Origin: Nitrosopumilus sp.
GTDB lineage: Archaea > Thermoproteota > Nitrososphaeria > Nitrososphaerales > Nitrosopumilaceae
Reading direction: 5' to 3'
Assembly: GCA_965204345.1 (NCBI GenBank)
Contig: OZ241981.1
Location: 64,001-128,000, forward strand
DNA: 64,000 bases
Part shown: positions 28,842-38,942 of the stretch, piece after piece
Numbering within the stretch: position 1 is the first letter of the stretch
How the letters are laid out: every line of letters begins with the position of its first letter
Translations under genes and position numbers: made by a program
The notes under the pieces: model-generated
The model's input: the letters and a program-made list of their open reading frames with translations, nothing else
Told to the model about the DNA's origin: nothing
Database searches by the model: none

Positions 28842-29597
28842 ATGGCCACTGTTGCCAGAATTTCCACTAGGGGCTACTATGATCTATCTGATGGGAGTAC
28901 CTTGAAAAATAATTCATACCATACATACCCAAAAAACGATTTCAAAAAACTAGTTGACTCAAAGGAATTCACAATAATGATTCATGGCTTACGCAATGAC
29001 AATGCTGGGGCCGTTGCCAAAGTCGTGCTGGCCAGAAACAGGTTACGCCGGTTGGGCTATCGCTATCCTGTAATTGGATTTAGCTATGACTCAAACACCA
29101 CTGGTGCCCATTTGGCCAAGCATGCAAAACGTGCTCTTGCAGCTGGGCAAAGGATTGCCAAAAAGAACGGTAAAAACCTCGGATTGTTTGTTGAGGATTT
29201 CAAAGCTGCTAGTCCCAAGACAAAAATCCGTCTAATGGGCCATTCGCTGGGTTCCCAAGTAATTTTGAGCACGTTGGAGTACCTTGCAAAAAAGAAACAA
29301 AACGTCGGGATTATAGAGAGCGCATACTTTTTTGGCGCATCAGTTACCAGAGATGTGCCCTCGTCTAAGAAATACAAGGACATACTGCAGCGCATTATCA
29401 ACACCAAGCTTGTAAACCACTATGCCCCAACTGATGAAGTTCTCAGATGGGCCAATGCCAAAAAATATGTAAGCGGTCCTTTGGGTCTTGCCGGCTCTGC
29501 TGGCGGGGTGACTGCTAAAAAGTACCGCCAGAAACTAGTCAGACCAAAAAATCATCGATTTGCAAGCTATGCTGCTGTTCTAAACTCCTTTCCGTGA
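28842..29597 (+). CDS. Alpha/beta-hydrolase fold protein (DUF726/DUF900-like)
   Basis: IHG and GHSLG nucleophile elbow. Confidence 0.75.
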   Translation: MATVARISTRGYYDLSDGSTLKNNSYHTYPKNDFKKLVDSKEFTIMIHGLRNDNAGAVAKVVLARNRLRRLGYRYPVIGFSYDSNTTGAHLAKHAKRALAAGQRIAKKNGKNLGLFVEDFKAASPKTKIRLMGHSLGSQVILSTLEYLAKKKQNVGIIESAYFFGASVTRDVPSSKKYKDILQRIINTKLVNHYAPTDEVLRWANAKKYVSGPLGLAGSAGGVTAKKYRQKLVRPKNHRFASYAAVLNSFP

Positions 29598-29744
29598 TGA
29601 TCTTGAGCCTGTGAGAGATGATTTTATGTGATGGCCGAGTTTGGAATTCTGTAATGGCTCTATATAAAAAATCATAGGCACCAGTTTGATTTTTGTACAA
29701 AACCCGCTCAAAACTTCATAAGTTCGAGCTTTTACTCAAAATTC

Positions 29745-30665
29745 ATGGTTAGATCTGTAAACTTTGTTGTTCTAGGCAAGCAGTCCATTGCGTCTGATTT
29801 TGGAAAAAAAGGCACCGAAACTGATCTGACTCTTTATGATAGAAAAGAATCTGAGGTAATCAAGACTTGGGTTGTTCCAACTGGATTTCCTGATAAGATA
29901 CAGCCTCTTCTTCAGGCAATTAATTTGGCAGAATATGTAATACTGCATGTTGAAAAACTAGACAAGTTTACAGGAGAGCAGATCATTGCACTTGATCTGT
30001 TAAAAAAAGAACATGGGATTCTCTCTCATACTTTTGATGTCGATGAGGCAAAACTGGGTGCCATGATTAAGGGTACTGTTGTGGAGCATTACACAAAAGT
30101 TGATCAGGACAAAATTAAAGAAGAGGCAGACAAGCTAAAGCCCATCACAAACACCAATCCCTCCGAAATGGTAGTTGATCACTGTTTTGATGTCAAGGGA
30201 GTTGGGACCGTAATTTTGGGCAAAGTGACAGGTGGAACTGTAAAGCAGTATGACAATTTGAAACTGTATCCACTTGGAATCAACGTTTTGATAAAATCAA
30301 TTCAAATGCATGATGATCCTGTGGGCGAATCTGCCTGTCCTGCACGCGTTGGATTGGCAGTCAAGGGTGCAAAACCTGATGAGGTTGGACGCGGTGATGT
30401 AATTTCCGGGGAGGGAACAGTTGATGTAAAAACAGAGGTTGTTCTTGATTTTCAAAAAAGCCCCTTTTACAAAAGTGACATTGCTGAAAATCAGGGGTGC
30501 TTGGTCTGCGTCGGATTGCAAATCAAGGCTGCAAAATTCTCCTCAATCTCTCCCTTGAAGCTGGCCTTTGAAAAGCCGGTTGTGTGCAAGGCAGGACAGA
30601 TTGCCGTAATTCTAAAACCTGAGTCCACTACCATTAGAATTCTTGGCAGTGGCAAAATCCAATAA
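29745..30665 (+). CDS. SelB-like / EF-Tu domain 2 protein with degenerate G domain
   Basis: VDHCFDVKGVGTVILGKV, IKSIQMHD, RVGLAVKG, RGD; no canonical P-loop. Confidence 0.8.
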   Translation: MVRSVNFVVLGKQSIASDFGKKGTETDLTLYDRKESEVIKTWVVPTGFPDKIQPLLQAINLAEYVILHVEKLDKFTGEQIIALDLLKKEHGILSHTFDVDEAKLGAMIKGTVVEHYTKVDQDKIKEEADKLKPITNTNPSEMVVDHCFDVKGVGTVILGKVTGGTVKQYDNLKLYPLGINVLIKSIQMHDDPVGESACPARVGLAVKGAKPDEVGRGDVISGEGTVDVKTEVVLDFQKSPFYKSDIAENQGCLVCVGLQIKAAKFSSISPLKLAFEKPVVCKAGQIAVILKPESTTIRILGSGKIQ

Positions 30666-30699
30666 TGAAATTTAATTAAGTGAAACACTGTGACTAAAC

Positions 30700-30822
30700 A
30701 TGGGAAAACCGCTGCGTGCATGCCCTATCTGTCCTCAATGCGGTTCCAAGCGGTTCATTCGGCTTGCCGGAGACCCAGTTACTGTAAAGTGCCGTTTGTG
30801 TGATAGAGTAATTGAAATTTAA
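30700..30822 (+). CDS. Zinc-ribbon micro-protein (40 aa)
   Basis: Manual ORF MGKPLRACPICPQCGSKRFIRLAGDPVTVKCRLCDRVIEI with CPQCG and CRLC. Confidence 0.6.
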   Translation: MGKPLRACPICPQCGSKRFIRLAGDPVTVKCRLCDRVIEI

Positions 30823-32208
30823 TTCATAGCCAGTACAGTTATTTGCCATACTTGCATGTGGCAATAATTTATGGAGTTTCAGAGGCAACCAAGGAATTTC
30901 TTGGAAAGCCTTTAAAACAAATCAAAGAATCAGGTGAAATTGGTAATATTCCACGAGAATCAAAACAAGACCATGATTGAACTGAAGACAAAGTAGGAAA
31001 CAAGTTCAATAGATGGCATAAACAGCAAGTGATAAAGAAGACTAAAGACAGCATGGGCAATAAAACACGCAGAAGCTAAAGGAGAAAATCTGACCTTGGA
31101 AAAACTCTTAGAACTTTTTTGGTAACCTGCATCTTTTTTGCAGAGTGAATAAAGACTTGAAAAAACATGTCACATACAAAAGAAGACTAGATCCCAAATC
31201 TGCACAGATAACTTTTGTTGTAATATCTAAAAAAGGGGGAAATGCAATTAAAGTAAAAAATTAGGGTGCAAAATACTACAACAATCATCACGGTCTTGCA
31301 CCTCAACAATAGGCAGAACTAGTCAAGGCCATAAATTAAACTAAAATCTTCATGATTCAGGCCAAAAGACCTACACTATGAAAATTAAAACTATTTCTAG
31401 AAAAAGAGATTTTCATCTTTAGGCATCTTTGTGCTGAAATGTGCTAAACATTGTGATCCGGATCTTTTTTGCCGGTATGAATTTTGTGAATATTTAGACT
31501 GACAAGTTCAACTAAAGTTATTTATTTATCTAAAAGATGTAACTAGTAAAGGGTTGTAATAAATATAAAAGAAAGATTAGTATATTTTCAAGAGATACAG
31601 AATATTTTTGAAGAACTGGATTTGGACACTTGAAAAAAGAAACGAGTTTTTTAAATTTGAACAAAAAGATAATCCCAAACACTATGAAAAATATCTGCCA
31701 GTCACCACAGTTACATCTGCAATTGAATAAGAAACATGCCCTGTCTTGATGAAATATACAATACCATTAATGCCAATGGAATCACATTTGATATTTTTAG
31801 AAAGGATTGCCAAAAAAAAACTCAGTGAACACGCTAGAAGAAATACTATCGTTTATTATTCTGTTTCCCCTGTCAAGTAGAATTTTCAAAAATATCAATT
31901 AAGAGATTCTTCCCATGTGCCCATATACAGTCAAGCACAATTTGATATACAGAGCGTTTTTTCCAAGTATTTTCAATAATACGGTCCTGGAAAATTCCCC
32001 TTTTACCTGCTGTATTATCTTGCAGGCCCGAAGATGAAGATGGAATTTTTTGGGGAATTGGACTGTAATGAATGTCATGCGTGGCGTGAAAAGTACGTTG
32101 ATGTCCTAAAAACATTTGGAGACGATCCTGAAAAATAAAGTCATGAAAAATATCCGAAATTATCTACGTTTTGTGTTGGTTAATATTTGCAATATTGTTT
32201 TTACAATT

Positions 32209-33207
32209 ATGGCAAAAACATGGAAAGATGCCGATATCAGCCTTGATCCTATAAGGGATCAAACAATTGCCGTAATTGGCTATGGAATCCAAGGCGATGC
32301 GCAAGCCAACAACATGAAAGACTCTGGTCTTGATGTGATAGTCGGTCTTAAGGAAGGCGGTACTAGCTGGAAAAAAGCAGAATCTGATGGTCACAAGGTG
32401 ATGTCTGTTGCAGATGCAACAAAACAGGCAGACATTGTACACATGCTGATTCCTGATATGATTCAGGGCCAAGTATACAGGGATCAAATCAGGCCAAATC
32501 TTTCAGAAGGAAAAGCACTGTCATTTTCTCATGCCGCTGCAATCTATTGGAAATGGATTGAGGCACCAAGTGATGCTGATTTAATCATGGTTGCCCCAAA
32601 GGGACCAGGTTCCAAAGTAAGGGAAACATATCTTGATAATTTTGGCACTCCTGCAATCGTTGCAGTTGAACAAGATTTTACAGGAAAAGCTTGGGATAGG
32701 ACACTGGGAATTGCAAAAGCGATTGGCAGTGCCCGCGCTGGATTGATCAAAACCACTTTCAAAGAGGAAGTGGAGACTGATTGGTTTGGTGAACAGGCAG
32801 ACCTCTGCGGCGGTGCGGCCTCTATGGTTACAAATGCATTTGAGACTCTTGTTGAGGCAGGATACCAGCCGGAAATTGCATACTTTGAAGTCTTGCATGA
32901 GCTAAAACTCATTGTAGACATGATTCAAAGATACGGAATTAATGGAATGTGGAGACGTGTAAGCGAGACTGCCAGGTATGGCGGACTGACACGCGGACCA
33001 ATGGTTATGGATTCTGCAAGCAAAGAAAACATGAAAAAGGTACTAACTATGATTCAGGATGGAACATTCAACAGCGAATGGATCTCTGAATATCAGAAAA
33101 ACGGCAAGGATGCATTTGACAGGCACATGAAGGTATATGACCAACACCAAATTGAAAAAGTTGGCAAAGAGATGCGTAAAATGATGTGGCCTGATTCCAC
33201 AGAATAA
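32209..33207 (+). CDS. ilvC: Ketol-acid reductoisomerase
   Basis: IGYGIQG, APKGPG, EEVETDWFGEQ, AYFEVLHELKLIVD. Start set at MAKTW (32209). Confidence 0.97.
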   Translation: MAKTWKDADISLDPIRDQTIAVIGYGIQGDAQANNMKDSGLDVIVGLKEGGTSWKKAESDGHKVMSVADATKQADIVHMLIPDMIQGQVYRDQIRPNLSEGKALSFSHAAAIYWKWIEAPSDADLIMVAPKGPGSKVRETYLDNFGTPAIVAVEQDFTGKAWDRTLGIAKAIGSARAGLIKTTFKEEVETDWFGEQADLCGGAASMVTNAFETLVEAGYQPEIAYFEVLHELKLIVDMIQRYGINGMWRRVSETARYGGLTRGPMVMDSASKENMKKVLTMIQDGTFNSEWISEYQKNGKDAFDRHMKVYDQHQIEKVGKEMRKMMWPDSTE

Positions 33208-33353
33208 TGTATGCTTATTACAGAGAATAAGTGATTTTTTCTTTTTTTTATTCCGTTATCTTTGATGTAAAAAGATTTTCTAAATTGAGACTACGTAATT
33301 TGAGGAAAAACTATAAGATTATCATTTCAATATACTCAATACGTAATTAAAAA

Positions 33354-35257
33354 ATGAGGGATATTCTAAAAGAAAGTGAAAAAAATCAAGCAGTTCTCAA
33401 AGAGCGTTTAGAATCGGATCCTGATCTAACTAACACAAAAAAAGAACTTTATGATCTTATAGAAAAATTAGAAAAAAATTAGATGATTGTGGTTCTCTAG
33501 ATTTAGTCAGTAAATTTGCATTAATTGAGTTACTGGCACAAACCCCATATGCTCATAATGATGAATATCCAGAAAGTGAAAACCCCTTTGGGTTATTTTT
33601 ATTAGGATTGTTTCTTAATCATAATAATTTAACCTCGTCATTTGAAGAAACTGATTTTCAAGATGTTTATAGTCTATTAGTTGAAATATTTAAAAAAAAC
33701 CAAATTCTTCTAGTTTTAAATAATATTGTTAATGCTAAAGGAAATCAATTATCTTTTCAGGCAAATTCTCAAAAATTACTGGATGATAATAATCCTCATG
33801 TTTTTTCAAAACAGAAAAATGAGTATACTTTAGCAATTTTTAGACCTTTTAATGAGAAGTTTGCCAAAGAACTGGGATTTACAATTGATGATGCATATGA
33901 TTTTGCAAAAATCATTCACATTAGACTAAATGCTGTTTTAAAATCTTCTTCTAAACAAGTGGAAAAAATAAAGAATGAAATCAAAAAAAAGTATGAGACT
34001 GATGAAAACTATCAAAAACTTCTAAAAGAATCGAATATGAAATTTGAAAATGTTTTTCATCAACACTTAAATCATCTTTTCTTAAAAAATTCTACTAATG
34101 CACTTACAATTGACTTTGAAAAATTATGTCAAATTTCAAAATTTAGCAACAATCAAAAAACATGTTTTAAAAATTATCTGAAAAGTCTTAGTTGTACCTT
34201 TAGTGAACAATTTGAATCTTTTAAGACTTCTAATGATGAAAATATCATTTACTATAAACCAATAATAAAATTAGATGAAAATACATTTTTTGTATCAAGA
34301 CCTGATGTTCTTGAACAGAGACTGGACGTTGTTTTTGAATATCTTTTGTTAGATGAAAAAATCAAAAAATCAGAACTTTGGACAAAATTTAATGATATAA
34401 AATCATCATATGTGGAAGAAAAAATCTTTCAATGGTTACGAAAAGTTTTTGGTCAAAAAAATGTCTATCGTAATCTCTATTATTGGATTGGCAGTGATAG
34501 GATGGAAATTGATATTTTGGTGATATATGGTGAAAAAATCCTTCTTTTGGAGGCTAAATCTGGTTTTATTCCTGTAACCGTCAAAATACATGGGGAAAAA
34601 ATCAAAAATAGATTAAAAGATTTGATAAAAAAACCATACAATCAGAATTTATCTGCTCAAAATTACATCTTATCTAATTCAAAGAGTGAATTTTGGAATG
34701 AAGATAAAACCAAGAAAATACTGATAATTGAACAAAAACCAGAACATGAATTTATTTTTCTAAATATTACACTGGAAATGTTAGGTGGCATTTACATGGA
34801 TTTGAAGCATTTAGTTGATGCTGGTTTTTACCAAAAAAATACTCTCTATCCTTGGTTAGTTTATTTTTTTGATCTGGAAGTTATTCTTGATGTCCTTAAG
34901 GATCCAATTCTTTTCATTCATCACATTAGAGAAAGAATGATTGTAAACGAGGAAGAGATTGTGGATTCTGTTGGCGAATTGTCTTATTTTGGGTATTATC
35001 TTAAACATGGAAATTTGAAAATACAAAATTCTGTTACTGACAGTTCTGATAGAATGATGTTTAATCCTTATAGAATAATGCTTGGTTCTGATTATATGTC
35101 TGATTTAGAAAAATATTATTCCATGGGTGAAAAAAAGCCAAATTTTCCTATGCCTCTTCAATTAAAGAGAGTATTTAGAGAACTCTATAAAATGAAAAAA
35201 CCCGGGTTTGTTGATGAAGGTTGTTATTTATTAGAAGAATTTTTTAAGAAAAATTAA
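33354..35257 (+). CDS. NERD/PD-(D/E)xK-like nuclease-domain protein, split by a -1 frameshift at an A7 tract
   Basis: Main ORF 33608..35257 contains EIDILVIYGEKILLLEAKSG. The upstream ATG33354 frame stops right after GAAAAAAAT-TAG (33471-33482), while the -1 frame continues (LDDCGSLDLVSK...) into the main ORF. Confidence 0.65.
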
Positions 35258-35366
35258 CCATATGTAAGAATCATCTGTTAAAATATCGGATATGAGTTAT
35301 TTTTTGACGAAAAATTATTAAAATTGATCTAAATCACACGACAATCCACCCAATAGCCTTTTTTCC

Positions 35367-35789
35367 TTATATTTTTCTTAATTTAGACACACCAATTGTG
35401 ATGTGATCAATGATTGTTGACAATGGCGTACCTGGACCAAACACATGATCTACTCCTGATTTGACTAAATCCTTGTGATCAATTTCTGGAATTACTCCTC
35501 CTCCAACAACAAGAACATCTTTGATTCCTTTTTTCTTTAGTGCCTTGACCACCCTTGGGAACAGTGTTCCGTGTGCCCCATTTAGCAAACTCATGGCAAT
35601 TGCATCGACATCTTCATCTTCTGCAATCTGTGCAATCCTGTCCGGGGTTGCAAAAAGTCCTGAATAGATTACCTCCATCCCTGCATCCCTGAATGCTCTG
35701 CAAAGTACTAGTGCACCCCTATCGTGCCCATCTAGTCCCAATTTGGCAACTAGGATTTTGATACTACGCGATGCTGTCCTTTGTTTCAT
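35367..35789 (-). CDS. Methylmalonyl-CoA mutase small (cobalamin-binding) subunit
   Basis: AKLGLDGHDRG, SLLNGAH, GGGVIP, FGPGT. Start set at MKQRT (35789). Confidence 0.95.
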   Translation of the reverse strand: MKQRTASRSIKILVAKLGLDGHDRGALVLCRAFRDAGMEVIYSGLFATPDRIAQIAEDEDVDAIAMSLLNGAHGTLFPRVVKALKKKGIKDVLVVGGGVIPEIDHKDLVKSGVDHVFGPGTPLSTIIDHITIGVSKLRKI

Positions 35790-35996
35790 GATTATAGTTG
35801 AATTTGGGATATATTTATTTATTAAAATCAACATTTGCTACTCATGCCAAGGACTGAATCCGAACAGACGTCTGTTTCAAGAATTGATGATATGATGGTT
35901 TCAATATTGCGGAGGAACTTGGAATTAATTAATTGCTACTTGCTATTTTTTTAGGATTATGATATTATTCAGTGTAATAATTACAGGAATTGCATT

Positions 35997-36045
35997 TTAT
36001 TTTTTACTGTTATTTTTTACTGTTATTTTTTACTGTTATTTTTTA
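35997..36045. repeat. 13-bp tandem repeat (TTATTTTTTACTG, ~3.8 copies)
   Basis: Three perfect units at 35997-36035 plus a 10-bp partial unit. Confidence 0.9.
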
Positions 36046-36709
36046 TCATTATGCCCTCTTGGTGTTATCCTTTCCCTAATTATTCAGACATCCCTACAAA
36101 TTGTTGGAAGAAAAATACGAGTTATTTTATGTTGCTTTTAATTTCAGAAGCCGTGTTTTGTTTATTGGTTGTTATAATAAGAAGAATAAAATCCAAGTCA
36201 CAAAATGATTGAATTTTTATCAAACATCAAGACATTACAACCCAAGGTTTCTAGAAATTATCCTACACGCTAGAGAAATCAAACACATCCATGACAGAAT
36301 GATGAGGAGTTTTGCTGAAAAACAGCTATCAGATCATAAAAATCCGCAATAACCATAATAAATTATTTTCTGAGCATTATGATAACTATCTCAGTAGAGT
36401 GATATCTTGAGATCCTATGTTGCCTAAATTATCAGATAAATCATCTGATACAAAAACAGATGCTGAGAATGACTAAAGATGCGACGGCATTCTCTGGAGT
36501 TGATAAAAACTTGACAGAATGCAATAGGCTTGTTTTTGAAACCGGGGGGCCAATTCCACACACGTGCACAGGGTGTCCGTTGTTAGGGTCAGGTGAGCTT
36601 TGACAAACATTACATGTGTAAAACTGTGATGAATCACAATTTCATCCAGCAATGATGAATTGTGTCAGAATCCGATGAAAATATTGACAAAAAATATGGA
36701 AGTGTGGTT

Positions 36710-36946
36710 CTACAGGTTGTGCTTGAATGGCCTTGTAAGCTTGTATCTGCCGTCTTTGATTCTCACAAAGTAGACAGGCCTTTTCTGTGGGTTGCCTTTT
36801 CTGTGCCTAGAGGGGTAACTTGATGCTGCCCTTGCAGAAATGCGGCACGACTTTACCAGGTCAGTTGGATAAAATGGCTCTTTTAACTTCTTTGATTTTA
36901 TCGCCTTTACTATCCTAGAGTAGGTCGGGTGCAAGTTTTTCTTCAT
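36710..36946 (-). CDS. Small basic protein, possibly nucleic-acid binding
   Basis: 78-aa K/R-rich ORF ending in YFVRIKDGRYKL, similar to a wHTH wing. Confidence 0.55.
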   Translation of the reverse strand: MKKNLHPTYSRIVKAIKSKKLKEPFYPTDLVKSCRISARAASSYPSRHRKGNPQKRPVYFVRIKDGRYKLTRPFKHNL

Positions 36947-37471
36947 GCAATAACTGCTGTATCATTGCCTTTTTTAGTTTTTGATTTTGCGGCTTTGTTA
37001 ACCTGAGGCAGGTTGCCATCTTGCCTTAATTGCCTGAAGATCTGTTGTTGCCTATCCCGGAATGAACCCAAAACGGTGATGTGAGAGATTCAAGCGACAG
37101 AATTTAGGCGTAAAATTACTGATTTTAATAAACAAAATAAGGCAAAACGCACATTGCTAGCTTGCATGATTTACCCTGATTTTTACTGCCCTGTTAAACA
37201 TGGTCCAAAAACATGATGAGTTTGCAGTGACTCGACATGTCAAAAGATGCTGCCAGATGATCAAGTGATAGCAGGCCCAGTAATATGACATCATAGAGAT
37301 ATTTTGTAACAAATTGAGCATGTTCTTTATGATGAATGTTAAAAAGGACTTAGTTATGGATTTGATATGCTCTTTTTAGGTCCTAATAGATCCACAAATT
37401 ATCTTCATAAAGGAGACTGGTATGACTCGTAATTGTTTCAAATTTTCATCTAACATGAAAAGGACTTTTTT

Positions 37472-37705
37472 TTATGGCAATTCATCAAAATGATATATAG
37501 AACCATCCACTTGACAGACTGGATAATCAAGCTGTTTTTGTAGGTCGCAAATTAAATTATTGTATGCTTTTATCTTAGAATCAGGGAGAGGAGGTCTATT
37601 AAAAAGCAACATGCTATATTCTACTGCAATAGTGGATGTATAAACAATCATAATACACATGGCTATAACCATTATTTTGTAATGTCCAGTTTTAAGGTGA
37701 AACAT
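37472..37705 (-). CDS. Small single-TM membrane protein, paralog B
   Basis: TM segment followed by ICDLQKQLDYPVC...FDELP; start overlaps the upstream stop (TAATG). Confidence 0.65.
   Translation of the reverse strand: MFHLKTGHYKIMVIAMCIMIVYTSTIAVEYSMLLFNRPPLPDSKIKAYNNLICDLQKQLDYPVCQVDGSIYHFDELP
37518..37552. repeat. Perfect 35-bp direct repeat with 37772-37806
   Basis: ACTGGATAATCAAGCTGTTTTTGTAGGTCGCAAAT at both positions. Confidence 0.95.
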
Positions 37706-37979
37706 TATGGGTACGCCTCAACACTTTGTTCAAGTTCATCAAAGCTAAACCTTAAATTTCCTATATTGCAAACTGGATAATCAAGCTGTTTTTGTAGGTC
37801 GCAAATGTATTGATGTAACCCTGCTCTTGAATATCGGCCATACTTGGCATGTGATAGTATCCAACACGATATGAAACTGCCAGTATGGATGTAACGGCTA
37901 GCACCGCACATAATGTAATGATTATTACTAGATAATATCTGGATTTAATTGTCTGTTTCGCTTTATTTTGTTTATCCAA
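37705..37979 (-). pseudogene. Small membrane protein, paralog A, frameshifted
   Basis: TTG37979 frame gives MDKQNK...YYLVIIITLCAVLAVTSILAVSY...EQGY; the conserved YICDLQKQLDYPVCNIG...FDELEQ lies in another frame (one-base shift near 37815). Confidence 0.6.
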
Positions 37980-37995
37980 ATCAGTAATTTCACTC

Positions 37996-38169
37996 CTAGA
38001 TTTTGTACACTTCAATGGATAGAGTTCCATCACATTGACATGACTTGCATTTCCCATTAACAATTTGTGATTTTCTGTCTGCTGTGATTATGTGGTTTGT
38101 AAGTGAATGTCCACATTCAGAACAGACACTTTTCTGTTCCACACCAATTCTGACTCTCATAGTTTTCAT
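37996..38169 (-). CDS. Small Cys/His zinc-binding protein (57 aa)
   Basis: Manual ORF MKTMRVRIGVEQKSVCSECGHSLTNHIITADRKSQIVNGKCKSCQCDGTLSIEVYKI. Confidence 0.6.
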   Translation of the reverse strand: MKTMRVRIGVEQKSVCSECGHSLTNHIITADRKSQIVNGKCKSCQCDGTLSIEVYKI

Positions 38170-38289
38170 ATCGTCCCCTTGCTGTTAAATTTTTGTTGCC
38201 ATGTATTGGATTATTGCTTGGATAGTGACTTTTGATGTATATTATAATGTCATACCAGGGCCAAAAAGCGGATTTGACAATCGCTGAAC

Positions 38290-38378
38290 TGCACTTTGGG
38301 ATTTTTTGATGGCTGGATATCTAAGAAAATCATATCTTGACAATTTATTATCAAATTCCAGTAATCAGATCATCAAAA
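38290..38378 (+). repeat. Degenerate dispersed intergenic repeat, copy B
   Basis: Aligns with 26841-26923; its 3' part AAATTCCAGTAATCAGATCATCA resembles 24945-24967. Confidence 0.6.
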
Positions 38379-38541
38379 TGTATCAAACCCGAATTGAACT
38401 GTCTGTTTAAAACAGGCAAATGACACTAAGATTGAACAGTGTAGGAAATAGACAATTAATTTAACTAATTAAAGGCTTGATCTCGTAAACTATGTCTTAC
38501 CTCTTCACATATATTGATTTAAGATCAAGCAGTCCTAAGGA

Positions 38542-38805
38542 ATGCCTGAGAATGTTTGTGATTTTTGTAAGGGTGTGGGTTCTTCATCCTCACACGTCTG
38601 TGTCTATTGCAATGGCACCGGTGAATGGAACCAAGCTGCACAAGCATATGTAAAGAATCACATCTGTCAGTGTATCGTACTTGACAGAAAATTTTGTCCT
38701 GTGTGCAACAAGGCATGCCATCATGATACCTCATTAAATCCCAAACAAAAGATTGATCCCGGATATGGCGGCATGTCTGCTCCTGAGGTTCCAGTTATTG
38801 TCTGA
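38542..38805 (+). CDS. Cys-rich zinc-finger protein (DnaJ-type CxxCxGxG repeats)
   Basis: CDFCKGVG, CVYCNGTG, then CQC, CPVC and CHH. Confidence 0.75.
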   Translation: MPENVCDFCKGVGSSSSHVCVYCNGTGEWNQAAQAYVKNHICQCIVLDRKFCPVCNKACHHDTSLNPKQKIDPGYGGMSAPEVPVIV

Positions 38806-38942
38806 GTATGATTGAGCCTTTACTAACATACTCACACTTCTTATAGATGAGTATTGCTCTTAAATCATGCCTGAATATTATGAGAGTGATTGTTCTTCAC
38901 TGACTAATTTGATAAGGAAAATTATCTGGTGTGGAAATTAAA

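Noticed and set aside
29745-30665. Selenocysteine machinery
   Set aside because: No intact G domain or SelB C-terminal extension, and no selD, tRNA-Sec or UGA-containing selenoprotein recognised nearby.
32116-32208. N-terminal extension of IlvC (likewise CysS 21579-21623, MscS 18916-18960, mutase small subunit 35790-35834)
   Set aside because: Longest-ORF artefacts; downstream ATGs fit the family N-termini and gene spacing.
37518-37806. 35-bp repeat as a CRISPR repeat
   Set aside because: The copies are 254 bp apart and lie inside paralogous coding sequences.
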